DNA of 64,000 nt from Somniosus microcephalus (lineage: Eukaryota). The DNA is taken from the NCBI GenBank assembly GCA_052327205.1, contig JBMRGM010000043.1, forward strand, positions 30,380,001 through 30,444,000, given 5' to 3'. Made by a program: the position numbers and the translations under genes. The notes under the pieces were generated by a model that ran no database searches, was not told the DNA's origin, and worked only from the letters and a program-made list of their open reading frames with translations. Every line of letters starts with the position of its first letter. The stretch's first letter is position 1. Positions 52,160 to 64,000 of this stretch are shown piece after piece.

Positions 52160-52261
52160 CTTGTTTCTTGTTGGGACGATTGACGAGTACCAGTGCAATC
52201 AGGGCAGCAACAAGAAAAAGTGTAAAAACTGAGGCTCTGATCGCGGTTGTGTGAATCTGCA
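52160..52261 (-). CDS. Gene B transmembrane exon with Arg (VQIHTTAIRASVFTLFLVAALIALVLVNRPNKKQ)
   Basis: ttattccag / AAG|gtgagt, 102 bp. AGA at 52236-52238 where gene A has ACA (8581-8583). Confidence 0.9.
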
Positions 52262-52454
52262 CTGGAATAAAATAAACATATCCCATGAATAACATAATAC
52301 GGTTTCAAGTATGTACGGATATATTCATTTATTTATACAGTGCATCTTAAACATATAGATAAGCCCTGTGCCAGAATGAAGAATCCCATTGTGTGCATGT
52401 GTTGGTAATTTAGTGGATGAAAGATGATAGATAATTGCAGTAAATTGTACTCAC

Positions 52455-52641
52455 GTCTGACTGAAACTGAAACCTGATTGTTCAGTTTCTTCACCTCGCT
52501 GTGCAAAGTAGTTGCTTTGCCAAGGTAAGTCCCCGAATCGTCAGGCCGTGATGTTTCCTTAATGTAATAGTTGTGGTCTGCCGCTGAACTGGAGTGAAAT
52601 ATTTCAACCAAACAGGCGAGTTTTAACTGTTGGCCCTCAAG
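52455..52641 (-). pseudogene. Displaced, broken D5-type Ig exon of gene B
   Basis: EGQQLKLACLVEIF then an internal deletion, YLG in place of YRC, 5' end cut by CR1; lies downstream of D6. Confidence 0.8.
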
Positions 52642-52645
52642 TAAC

Positions 52646-53122
52646 TTATCTGAGGAAGGATGTTCTCCTTATCTGAGGAAGGATGTTCTCGCCATGGAGG
52701 GAGTACAGCGCTGATTAACTGGACTGATACCTGGGATGACAGGAATGCCGTATGAGGAGTGATTGGGTCAATTGGGCTTATATTCACTGGAGTTTTGAAG
52801 AATGAGAGGGGATCTCAATAAAACGTATAAAATTCTAAAAGGACTCGACAGATTAGATGCAGGAAGGATGTTCCCGATAGTCGGGGAGTCCAGAACCAGG
52901 GGTCACAGTCTAAGGATAAGGGGTAAGCCATTTAGAACAGAGATGAGGAGGAATTTCTTCACCCAGAGAGTGGAGAACCTGTGGAATTCTCTACCACAAA
53001 AGGAAGTTGAGGCCAATTCATTAATTATTTTCAAGAAGGAGTTAGATATGTTGCTTAAGGCTAACAGGATCAAGGGATGTGGGTAGAAAGCAGGGACAGG
53101 GTACTGAATTTGGATGATCACC
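52646..53122 (+). mobile_element. 5'-truncated CR1
   Basis: ORF 52802-53086; 23-bp tandem duplication cttatctgaggaaggatgttctc at its 5' junction. Confidence 0.9.
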
Positions 53123-53620
53123 ACGTGGACTGCAGCGGTTCAAGAAGGTGGCTCACCACTACCTTCTCAAGGGCAATTAGGGATGGCCAATTAAAGCAAA
53201 TGTTGCCAGCGACGCCCAATCCCATATACAAATACAAAAGTATTAGCAGCTACGGTTAAGAGATGATGTTCTAAAATTTATAGCCCAAAAATTACTGCCG
53301 ATGGTATTAAGATTTGAGTCGTCATTAACCTCTCCGTATAACTTCTCTCAATTTGTCAATTAAACAGACTGATCGGCCGTTTTAAATCTACAACTAACAG
53401 TTGCAGTTTGTAGACCAATACTTGATGCAATCAGATGACATTCTTGTTCTTTTTAGGCATTCACCTGTTTAATGTAAATGGCGCAGTGCCTCACTTCACA
53501 CAGAAGAATGTCAAAGAAGATGTTACAACGTCCAAGCTATTGGCAAAAGCAGTGATTCCCGGACTGTTCTCACTGAGTCACTTGTTTCGTTCTGCCTCAG
53601 AGGTATTTATAATAACTCAC

Positions 53621-53908
53621 CTAGCACTGCAACCGTAACAAAATCGCTGTGTAGAGGACGTCTGGTCGCTTCGTTTGAAACACCACAAATATAATCCCCT
53701 TGGGTGCTTTGGTTGACTTTACCGATTTGGTAAGTAATTTCGGTTAGGTTGGACTCCTCTCGGAAGAGTTCTTTATTTGGGCCTTTGTAGAATATGTAGG
53801 TAATCGGGGTAGAACCGTTGAACACTGAGCAGGTTAACGACGCTGTGTCACCTTCCAGTAACTCTTTACCAGGGCTGATTGCCAGTTCCGGTTTGGACAC
53901 TGGGATTC
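53621..53908 (-). CDS. Gene B membrane-proximal Ig domain D6 (intact)
   Basis: 288 bp, tttacag / AG|gtgagt; 15 aa differences from gene A D6 by manual count. Confidence 0.92.
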
Positions 53909-55670
53909 CTGTAAATATAACCATTTGTCAATTACATTGCTTTTGTGGAATTTGTAGTATTACTTTCAAAGTGAAATAGGGCTCTCATCAAAATAAAGAG
54001 CCTCGTCATTTAGGTTACCACTCCAATCTTGGGCGCCCGTGCCCCTCTCCTACTTCAGCAGTCAGTGGAATTAATAGAGGAAAAACTGATTCTGGAACTG
54101 CAATGATTCCTATTGCAATCCACTAGTGGCCACCCTACTATCTCTGGCCTGGTACTGATTCCTACTAACTCTGCACTATTCCAGTACCATAAACACTATC
54201 TACCTAAATGCAATTGCATCTAACTCCACTGCTCCACTTGGCCAATCATTCTTTGTTCCAGCAATCCTCGAATAAAGAACGTTCTTCTAAGCTATCCTCC
54301 CGCTTATATTGATAATTATACATCAATGATCCCTCCTTCCTGTCTTCGCAATCAGAGTAAATACCATTCCCTTATCACCCTATCTCGGTCTTATCATGTA
54401 ATAAACAGTAATGAAATAACTCTTAGCCATGGCTACTCCGGTAGTGTTCGTGCCAGTAGCTCAAGTCTATTCTGGTGAATAAGGTTTTCCATCCCTGGCG
54501 TCATCTGGTGAATCAACGCTTCCCGTTTTCTGTGATTTTACTGTTCTCTTTAAAATGGAAGGCAGGACATTGGACACAGTATCTGTGGCCTCACGAATGT
54601 GTTGTATAAACATGCTATTATTTCCTTTCCCCTGTTGTCTATGCGACAATAATTTAGTTATTTATGTATTCAGTGCATGTTGAACATATAGGTAAGGCCC
54701 TTACTTCACGGATCAATCCCCGTGTGCGAACCTTCACATTTTAGGACATTCATGTTAAACGCTCAGCTATGGACAATGCAATTCTTTGAAAATCCACTGA
54801 TGACACAGGATCGATAACACCCACTTGGTGTTCTGATTGCCTGCTCCTTTTAAAATGTAAAGATAGAGTTATGATTGGCAGATTCTAACTGAATGCAATC
54901 GAGAGGCCGGACATCAGAGGCTCAGCCTTCAATAGCCTCCGGCGTTTTGCCACCCCGTCATCCCCCTCTACTGAAATTGGAGGGGTGGAAATTCAAGTTT
55001 GTCTGGGGTGCAAAACCGGTAGTAGCTCATTGGCCATACTATCTACACACAGGTGAAATTCGATTTTCTTGTCTGCCAATTATCTACTGCACTCTCCAAG
55101 TTAAATTTTAGCACCGAGATTTCAGCTAGCAACGATTGCCGGGACTAGTAAGTGGTAAGGCACTGTCTGATTAAACACCGTGCTGTTCCTGACCAGGTTC
55201 TGCTCGTTGCTGATTCAGTCAGACAGAAACAGAGGAGGTAACTTGACCTTGGATCCATGGTGTAAAACGCGTGGTATCGAATCTTGCACCAATTGTACAC
55301 CACGCACGATGTTCCTGTCCAATGATAATGATGCGACGCAAACACGGGAGGGACATATAATGGGAGGCAAATTCAGTATCGCCCATTCGACACTATTGCA
55401 GGAAGCTAATATTAGCCACTGGGAGTGGACACTGGTCTTCAAACGTTGCAGCTATTACAAGTGTGGGTTTCAGTAAATGTATGGATTTTTTATAGAACCA
55501 GGTGGCGCTTTGATTTAAACAGATCACATCCAAAATTGATTTATTATGTGATAAAGCTGGGAGTAAATCTTTTTCCACATTGGATCCCTCCCGTATATTT
55601 ATTTATCTATAATCCCCTGAAGAATTCTTTAAATGAAAGATGAACAGTAATTACAGCTGGTTCTATTTAC

Positions 55671-55947
55671 CTTCTACCGTAATGGAAACCTCATCACTCT
55701 GTTGTTATCACGGTGGTAGAAAGCATTTGCTCAACAAGGCTAAGTCACCGAGCCCTTCAAAGAAGCTGCCCCCATGTGCTTAGAGTTGATGTATGAATTC
55801 AACTGCAGAGCTTTGCCATTTTTGTGAAATGTGTATTGAAGCCTAATATTGAACAGCATTGTTTCAATAAAAAAATGAATTTTAACTGGTCTACCTCAAA
55901 TATTTTAACTGCAGGCTCAGTCCTCAGTTTAGGTTTGGAGAAGAGTT
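55671..55947 (-). pseudogene. Gene B D4 pseudo-exon
   Basis: Acceptor AG mutated to CG (55948-55949), 277 bp, first Cys codon lost in a T run, frameshifted. Confidence 0.85.
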
Positions 55948-56735
55948 CGGTGAAAACAGAATATGGATTGGGAGGTAAGAATTCATCTCATATAGTTAAA
56001 CAAATAGCAGAGATTATTGATAACAAGAGCAAGGATATACCAAGAACCACCACGAGGTGCGACTGTACTAAATGGTAACCAGCAGCTGTATTGTGGAACA
56101 CTCCAGTAGGCAGCATTACTATATTGTTATGGATTTCCACTCGCTGCTTTGTTTGCGGAGAACTTAATCTGCTTAATATATTCTGCTGATACAGGAACTC
56201 CACGCTGTGCAAGACTTATTCAAGTATGAATCCTTCAATAGAACTTTGCTCTTTTCGCTATTCCCTGCTGTGTCTCAACATCTACTATGATCACTGTGAA
56301 TTCTGCAAATATTCACAGTTACATCACTCTGTCACCACCCAGCCACCACATTGGTTGGAAGGTATGATTCTGTGATCATCACTATGACAGGCTATTGCTT
56401 GACTGGTCTGTGGGACAGCTGTCCCAATTTTTGCAGAAGTCCCCAGATGTTAGGGAGGAGGGCTTTGCAGGGTTGACTGTGTGTCTTATCTGTGTCCGAA
56501 TATGATGCCTAGTTCAATGCCAGGTGTTCCTCCAAGTTTTAATCTTACAGTTTTTTCTAGTGCTTTGATAAAACTTAGTAGCTTGCCAAGCCATTTCAGA
56601 GGGGATTAAGAGTCAACCACATTTCTGTGGTTGTGCAGTCATATATAGGCCAAGGATTCTTAGAATACTTCACATCCTTCAACAGCTCATTACCAGATCA
56701 AATAAAGAAAATGAAAAAGAAAAGCAGTGACCAAC

Positions 56736-57002
56736 TTTTTATGGTGATGGTTACATTCGGGGAGATCCACTTCCTGTAACGTATTTTGAGTTCACACCGA
56801 TATGGTGCCGTATCTGACTCTTTTGCGTTTTCTATGGTGTACTGAGATTCGTCAGTTTCTGCTATTAACTGTTTATCTCGATACCACAGGAAGGGAAAAC
56901 CTTCTCTCCATTTCCAGGAAGGCATCAAACATTTCAGGATAATACTGTCACCTGACAGTGCGGATGTTGGATTCACTTCCAGAGTTAAATTCATATCAGA
57001 AG
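56736..57002 (-). CDS. Gene B Ig domain D2
   Basis: 267 bp, ttttttttgcag-type acceptor, A|gttggt donor; GDSIILKC..FLWYRD..DTAPYRC. Confidence 0.9.
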
Positions 57003-58818
57003 CTGCAAAAAAAGTGAAACATATGAACGAAATACAAATTAAAATATGTTAAAGCACCATTCTTCAATGTTAAAAAACATTGGCTTGAAAGTGCAGCTCA
57101 ATATCCAGAGCAATCGGTATCACCTCAGTAACTAAAAGTAATTTTAAGACCTGAAAAGCCAAACTAATGTTTATTGGTTCAGAGAGTGACCGTTCCCTTT
57201 CTAATGCTGAGCTATCACTGCTCATATTGCCCTTCAAGGTTTCATCAACGAAGTTCAATGGCGAGGATCGATTCAACAGCCAGGCAGATGCCCAGCCCTC
57301 TCTAAATAAACGTCTGGTATTTGTAAATGTTGTGCAATCAAGATATTAAAACCGTGGCCGCTTTCACCTGTTCAGGTGCTTCTGATATCAGTTAAAAATC
57401 CCATTGAACGACGCCAAGACGAAGAAGTCGTTCCAGTGTCCTGGGGTATTGCTCGTTCGTCCAGCAAGACCAAACAAATTAGCTGCTCATTGTCCCATTA
57501 CCTTTTGTGGAAACACAGGGCAATTTCCTGCCTTCGCTCCTCCGCTGTAACTTCGCCAGGTGTGCGGAAGGGAACCCCATTTATGTATGTAAAGGGTTTT
57601 TGCACTGCACATACAATAAACTTGTGGCAGTGCTCAAGGAGCGCCCCTAGTTAGTCACCTATCAACAATTTTTCTAGCATTGCTTATTACCTAGATAAAA
57701 GCATTCGTTGCACCTCATAATAATTTGTTTTCTGAGAGACACAAGATAAATGTACACTCCACTTCTCACCATGCCTCGGGTCTGCAGATGCACTTCCAAC
57801 CAATCCTGATCCCAGGGGAGCGCCGGGAGGATACACTTGAGCTACTTTTCACTTTTACCGCCAAGAGGCCAAAGGGCAGTAATGGAGCAGCCATAAGTTT
57901 CAAACCACTCTCGATTTATTTAACACTGAAGTAAATAGAAATGCGACTCCACCTGAATCTAAAACATGGCGATTGATTGGACCTCGCCTGTTTATTTCAC
58001 CCTGCGACGAAAGGTAAAGTTATTCCCACTCCGGTATAAATTTGCAATACACATTGGCGGCAAATGAGCGAATACGAAACAGCAGTCGGTTTTATGACTT
58101 TTACATTTGATTTGTAACAGGGTTGGAGAGAGTAGAGCCCATTACGTGCTTCCACCAAAGTTGGATTTTAAACCTGTGATGGGTCACCCTACAACCTATT
58201 TCGCAGAGGATGAAGTAATGTTTAAATGGAGAAGTCATTGCATATCAGACCAGCGACACAACGCAGCCAGAAGGCGACACAGCAATTCTCAGATGTCATT
58301 ATTATTAATATAAACTAGTTTGCAGATCACAGATTTTGTAGTTTGAACTTTGGAAATAGAATTTAAGCTTTCAACACAGTCTTAAAATTACTCTAGGAGA
58401 TATTAACGGTGGCTTTCTCGTATCTGCTGTTTTAGAGAGCCGCTGTTCCATGCACAATTAGCGGTTTAAGGTCTCTCTTGAAATAAATAACATTTGATTG
58501 ACCTAACAACATGTAAGAATTTGGGTAGATTTAGACTCTGTGCGATATTTCAATTGAAGTTAATGTGATATAAATGGGAGGTGAAACTGGCTGATACTAC
58601 CGCACAAAATAGCGGCATATATTTCAACTCTGGGGAAACCGAGAGGTCCCCCTGTTAGGAGGAGGGATGAAGGTACACTTCTGCCCAGTGGTCCAATTTT
58701 ATCCCAGTATTGCATGTGCTTGATATCCTGTACTATATTTGACTGTGAGGCCCCTTTATAAGCGACACATTTCTCGACTAAAACTGAGCTATGATCATTG
58801 GTGTCGAAGTTTACCTAC

Positions 58819-59067
58819 CAATGGTGACTAAATCCAGAGGTTTACTCTTCTCAGAGGAGGACCAAGGCACTGAACACTGGTAAGACGCTCCACTGCGACT
58901 ATCTGCATATCTTTCAAAGAACATATATTTAAAATGAATATAAGTCTCATCTTTATACCAATAAGCCCAGTTATTCATGCCTCTGTATCGACACTGCAGG
59001 TAAAATGTCTCCCCTTCTTTCACGATTCCATCGCTCGGATTGCTAAGGACTACTTCTGGGACATGGG
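58819..59067 (-). CDS. Gene B N-terminal Ig domain D1
   Basis: 249 bp, ttcattctacag / G|gtaggt; KEGETFYLQC..YWYKD..SGASYQC. Confidence 0.92.
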
Positions 59068-59377
59068 CTGTAGAATGAAATTAAAATAATGTTCTGATTA
59101 GAATTGTTGAAACTAATCTGTGCAATATCCACTACAGAGAATTTCTAGTCGCTGTCCAAAATGGGCGCTACCTATCGGGTGCCCATGGATCGATCTTTTG
59201 AGTTGGTGATGACTTTACATCGTTGATATCGACCTCAGCACGTTGTAAACGGAAACTCCCTGGCTGCTTAAACTTTTAGAATGGCCGACCTTTGGGCGGC
59301 AGAAGCACCTGCCTTTTCCTGGCGGTACTCCTCTGTCACCATGCAAATCAGGATTTTGTGATTTACACCGGACCCAG

Positions 59378-60425
59378 CATAGAAACACAGAAACATGGAA
59401 AAATAGGAGAAGGAGTAGGCCATTCAGCCCTTCGAGCATGCTCTGCCATTCAATATGATCATGGCAGATCCTACGTCTCACAAACATATTCCAGCTCTCT
59501 CCCCATGCCCCTTGATGCCTTTTGTGTCTAGAAATCTATCTATCCCCTTCTTAAATATATTCAGTGACTCGCCCTCCACAGCCTTCTGTGGTAGAGAATT
59601 CCACAGGTTCACCACCCTATGAGTGAAGACGTTTCTCCTCGTCTCAGTCCTAAACTTCCTACCCCGTATCCTGAGACTGTGACCCCTCGTTCTAGACACG
59701 CCAGCCAGGGGAAACATCCTCCCTGCATCCAGTCTGCGTAGCCCTGCCAGAATTTTAACCGTTTCAATGAGATCCACACATTCTTCTAAACTGTAGTGAA
59801 CACAGGCCTAGTCGACCCAGTCTGTCCTCATACGACAGTCCTGCCATCCCGGCAACCAGTCTGGTGAACTTTCGCTGCACTCCCTCTATGTCAAGTACAT
59901 CCTTTCTTAGGTAAGGAGACCAAAACTGCACACAGTACTCCAGGTGTTGTCTCACCAAGGCCCTCTATAACTGTAGAAAGACATCCTTGCTCCTGTACTC
60001 AAATCCTCTTGCAATGAATATCAACATAGCACTTGCCTTCCTAACTGCTTGCTGTACCTGCATATTTGCTTTCAGTGTTTGGGGTACAAGGACACACAGG
60101 TCCCTTTATACATGAACATTTCCCAATTTATCACCATTTATTTAGTACTCTGACTTTCTGTTTTTCCCACCGAAGTGGATAACTTCACATTTATCCACGT
60201 TATGCTGCATCTGCAATGGTTTTGCCCACTCACTCAACTTGTCTAAATCTCCTTGAAGACACTTTGCCTCCTAATAACAACTCACGATCCCACCTCGTGT
60301 CATTTCATCAGCAAACTTGGAAATATTATATTTGGTTCCCTCATCCAAATCATTGATATTTATTGTGAATAGCTGGTGCCCAAGCACTGATCCTTGCAAA
60401 ACACCACTAGTCACCGCCTCCCACC
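59378..60425 (-). mobile_element. 5'-truncated CR1
   Basis: ORFs 59478-59777 and 59764-59958; catagaaa-type tail at 59378. Confidence 0.92.
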
Positions 60426-60544
60426 CCGTATGTCATTGCAGAACAGAATGGTCGGAGTGTGCTCCATGCACTCTCCCATCAGGTTTACTAGCGAAAGCAT
60501 AAAAGCGACACAGAATAAGTACGCTTTCCATATATTTCCATATC

Positions 60545-60740
60545 ATCATGAAATGGTAGATGCAGGAACCCTCACAACATTCAAGAAGCATTCAGATGAG
60601 CACTTGAAACGCAACAGCATACAAGGCTACGGACCAAGAGCTCGAAAATGGGATTAGAATAGATAGGGCTTGATGCCTGGCGTGTACACGATGGGCCGAA
60701 GGGCCTCTTTCTGTGCTGTATAACTCTATGACTATGAATA
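60545..60740 (+). mobile_element. CR1 3' end fragment
   Basis: MVDAGTLTTFKKH..QGYGP..KWD* and the atgggccgaagggcct..ctctatgactatga tail. Confidence 0.8.
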
Positions 60741-61366
60741 ACACTGAATATTCCCTTCCAATCACAGAAAACGAAAATTGAAAACTATTCTCTGCTTCCT
60801 TGTCTCAGACAATTTCTTATCCACGCTGTCCGTACCCCTTAATCGCAATGATAACAATACGATTTTTGCGAACAAATCAGTTGTGTGGTACTTCATTAGG
60901 CATTTTTTGAAAGTCTATATACACGACAGTGAACTGCACTAATTTGATTAGCATTCCCTGTTACTTCAACAAAGAACTCTCTATCTATCCATCCATTTAT
61001 TTACTCAGTTATGATTACTCGCTGCCAACCCACAGTTAAATGATCTAGCAGTTACACAGACAAATTTCTAGGTCGCTTTTTCTTTAATATATTGTGGTAG
61101 ACATTAAACTTGGCGCCGAGGCTTAAAACTGGGGTTCTGATTGGCCGACCGTGAGAGAAACCGCCCACTTTACATTCCCACCGAATCAATGAAAATGATG
61201 ACCGAAAGTTTCTCATAGGTGGCGAGTCCAGAACCACAGTTTTACGCACGGGCGAACAGCTGATAATTACTCCATTGCTGGATTGTTGTTGTCCTATAGA
61301 TATAAATTGGAAGCGTTCATTCCACAACTGGATTATTATCAATAAAGGACATTATTGTCATCATAC

Positions 61367-61396
61367 CTTGTGTGGTCGCCTGATGAGTAATTTGCA
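61367..61396 (-). CDS. Gene B 30-bp leader mini-exon S2
   Basis: Same exon sequence as 24951-24980; tcttctctcttgcag / AAG|gtatga. Confidence 0.85.
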
Positions 61397-61969
61397 CTGC
61401 AAGAGAGAAGACAATGTAAAATATGTTTCATTATCTGAGACCATCTTCAAGTTTGACCTCAGCTGCTCAGCTGTAAGGCAGCTGAATAGAGGAAACACCC
61501 AGGGGTTGAAATTTGACTTCGGCAGGGACACAAAACAGGCGGAAACACATTTGCTGCCAGTCCATACATGCCACGAGGTATTCAGTTCAGTTGAAGTAAA
61601 TGTAAAATATTAATATATCGAATGATGCCAATTGTCCCTCTCACAGACAAAGATAAATTGTTATTTTGTGGAAGTTCCCCATGGTCTGAGGACTATATGG
61701 AAAAGTTGCTGCCGGATGAAAGGAAACTGACAAATATTGAAATGTATCATTGTTCTGAGAGCCAATGAGTGTGATTGTTCTGTCAAGGAGAAGGGAATAT
61801 TTCATTAAAATTGTTTATAGGCCATTTAGGATGGAAATCAGGAAGCACTTTTTCACACAATGTGTAGTGAGAAATTTCAACGCTCTTTACAAAAACCGCT
61901 GTGGATTTTGCGGGTAAATTGGTACTTCCAAGACGGAGATCGATAGATCTTCGTTAAAAAATGAAAGAA

Positions 61970-62360
61970 ATAGTTGCATTCCTATAGCGCCTTTCAAGAC
62001 CTCCGAACTTCCCAAAGCGTTTTAAAACCAATGAAGGACATTTAAAGTTTAGTCAGTGTAGGAAATGTGGCAGCCAATGTTCACACAATGATGTTGATAA
62101 TGACCAGATTATCTGTTTTTGTCATGTTGATTGAGGGACAAATATTGCCCAGGGCACCAGGGATAAACACCCTGGAAGGGGCCTCACTTTAACGTCTATT
62201 ATAAAAAACGGCCAATCCGACAGTGCGGCACTCCCTCAGCACTGCACTGGAGTATCAGCTTAGTTGATTGTGCTCAAGTCCCTGTAGTGGGACCGGAATC
62301 ACACGAACCTTCTGACTCAGAGGCGAGAATGCTATACACTGAGCCACGGCTGACACGAGT
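61970..62360 (-). mobile_element. Deu-domain SINE (duplicated with the segment)
   Basis: Closely similar to 29830-30215. Confidence 0.75.
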
Positions 62361-63019
62361 TGAGTAAGCGTAACAATGGATGTTGAGCAAAGTGGGGTAA
62401 TTGGAGTGGAGGTACAGATTAACCATCATATAATTGAATGACAGAGCAGCGTCGAAGGGCTGAATGGCCTACTCCTGTTGGTATGTTCCTATCATCAGTT
62501 AACTCATCTTTAATCGATTCAGAATCACAAGTATTACCTGGGTTGCAACTGATACTCGTGAAGACAATACATGACCCAGCCGCTAGCAGCAGAAAGCAGC
62601 AGGAAGCTTTTGTCGCGCCTCAGGCCACAGGAATCAGACTACTAAGGCAATGCCTGCTGCTGCAAACCTTGCAAATATAATTGCAAAAGGGTCAATGGTC
62701 AATGCAGATGTGTCTGTATTTCATTGTTCAACATGTAGAACCTGGGACTTTTGTCCAGCTAGGATTCAATAGGGTGAATGTTTCAAGCATTCAGTTAGGC
62801 CAATATTTCCAAAAAGTGGGTTTCATGTGCTGTGCAACAAATAAATCATGGGGCCTATTATATGCTCAAGAATGAACAACTTGAGGTTAACTTCACATAT
62901 TTTAAGCTCTACCTCATTAATCTGTGGAAGTAGCTGTGACCAACATGGTCCCACAACTGATGTCAAGTTACTAAAATAGATGAGATTCTGGTGAAAGAGT
63001 CGGTGGTACATTAAAGATG

Positions 63020-63100
63020 CAAACCCTGTTGTTTGTTCCTGTTTGCTGGGCTTGTGATCCAGTGGTTAACAAGCCAATAGAGCGCTGACGTCAGCATCTC
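63020..63100. promoter_or_regulatory. CCAAT + CRE + ETS-like module (gene B copy)
   Basis: agccaatagagcgcTGACGTCAgc with the CRE at 63086-63093; same arrangement at 30921-30944. Confidence 0.45.
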
Positions 63101-63518
63101 ACAGGAAGGCAGCCTCAATGTCCTGTGGCCATAAAGAGTCATTTCTGTCTAAATTCCAATAAACAGCATCAGAAATTAATTTTAAAGATGCAGCATTTTA
63201 AATTTCCTTGCCAAACACCCTTAAGCCGTCAGTTTAGGTCAAGTATAATCATAGTAAATATGTTCTCCTCAGCTTTGTTAACTCAAGTGTTGTCGTCCCG
63301 TTAATGTCTATTTTCTCCCTCACAACAGAAAATAAAAGAAGCCCTTCATCGTGAATCTGCAAAACTGAGTTGAAAAAAAAACTCCTGCCCTCTCTCTCTC
63401 TCTCTGTCACTCTCCTTCGTGGACAGCTTAATTGTTACTTTCTTACAATCTCTGTCTATCTGTCTCTCTCTGTCCCTATCTGATTGTCTTTCGCACTGAC
63501 TCCCTCTCCCGCTCCGCC

Positions 63519-63552
<34 letters not shown>

Positions 63553-63664
63553 GCACTGTGGCAGTTGTTAACAAGAAGCGTGCCTGCCGCACACGAAATC
63601 ATCAAGCAATGACATGGACCAAGTTTAACATCTAGCCACAGAACCCACGCACTGTAAATCTCAC

Positions 63665-63734
63665 CGCATGTATTAAGAGCAATTTGTAAGAGTGAGTCAA
63701 CTGAGCCAACTCTGATACTTGAGATGAAGCGCAT
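63665..63734 (-). CDS. Candidate leader exon S1 of gene B (MRFISSIRVGSVDSLLQIALNTC)
   Basis: 70 nt from ATG to G|gtgaga, phase 1, in frame with S2; only weakly hydrophobic. Confidence 0.42.
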
Positions 63735-64000
63735 AAAACATTTATTTTTTTCTAATAAACAAAACGACAACAATAAGAAACGTGCAAGCAGTTTCTGCAG
63801 GTGAGGCTAAATAATTGGTGAAATAATAAATATTGGACCGTTTAGATGTGACTAAGGTCGGCTGCAACCTTAGATGAGCAGAAAGATCCTGTTTGCCTGA
63901 CTAATCAAACTTATTTCTGTTGTTCCACTAAATTCTGATTAAAACTGAAGCATGGAAATGACATTTCAATGCAGTATAATTGAATGTTTGACCTTAATAA

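Overview
This is eukaryotic (vertebrate) genomic DNA. The HE1-like and Deu-domain SINEs and abundant CR1 LINEs point to an elasmobranch (shark or ray). Most long entries in the ORF track are CR1 fragments or noise. The real content is a minus-strand tandem cluster of intron-split Fc-receptor-like (FCRL/LITR-type) Ig-superfamily receptor genes, reconstructed here by hand from AG/GT splice sites and exon phases. Gene A (about 28498 down to 3979) has a candidate leader exon, a 30-bp leader mini-exon, nine Ig exons, a neutral transmembrane exon and two ITIM exons (VTYSLV, LVYSEV). A D3-D4-D5 block is duplicated inside it, and the copies have decayed in complementary fashion. Gene B (about 63734 down to 51605) has the same leader exons, intact D1, D2 and D6, no D3, and broken D4 and D5. 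Its transmembrane exon has Arg where gene A has Thr, and no ITIM exons were found. Together they look like an inhibitory/activating receptor pair. Between the genes lie duplicated 5' (leader/regulatory) modules, one of them a truncated pseudogene, plus a SINE-in-SINE 236-bp-arm palindrome, CR1 copies, MITEs and satellites. Exon coordinates were read by eye; family names, expression and function are inferences.
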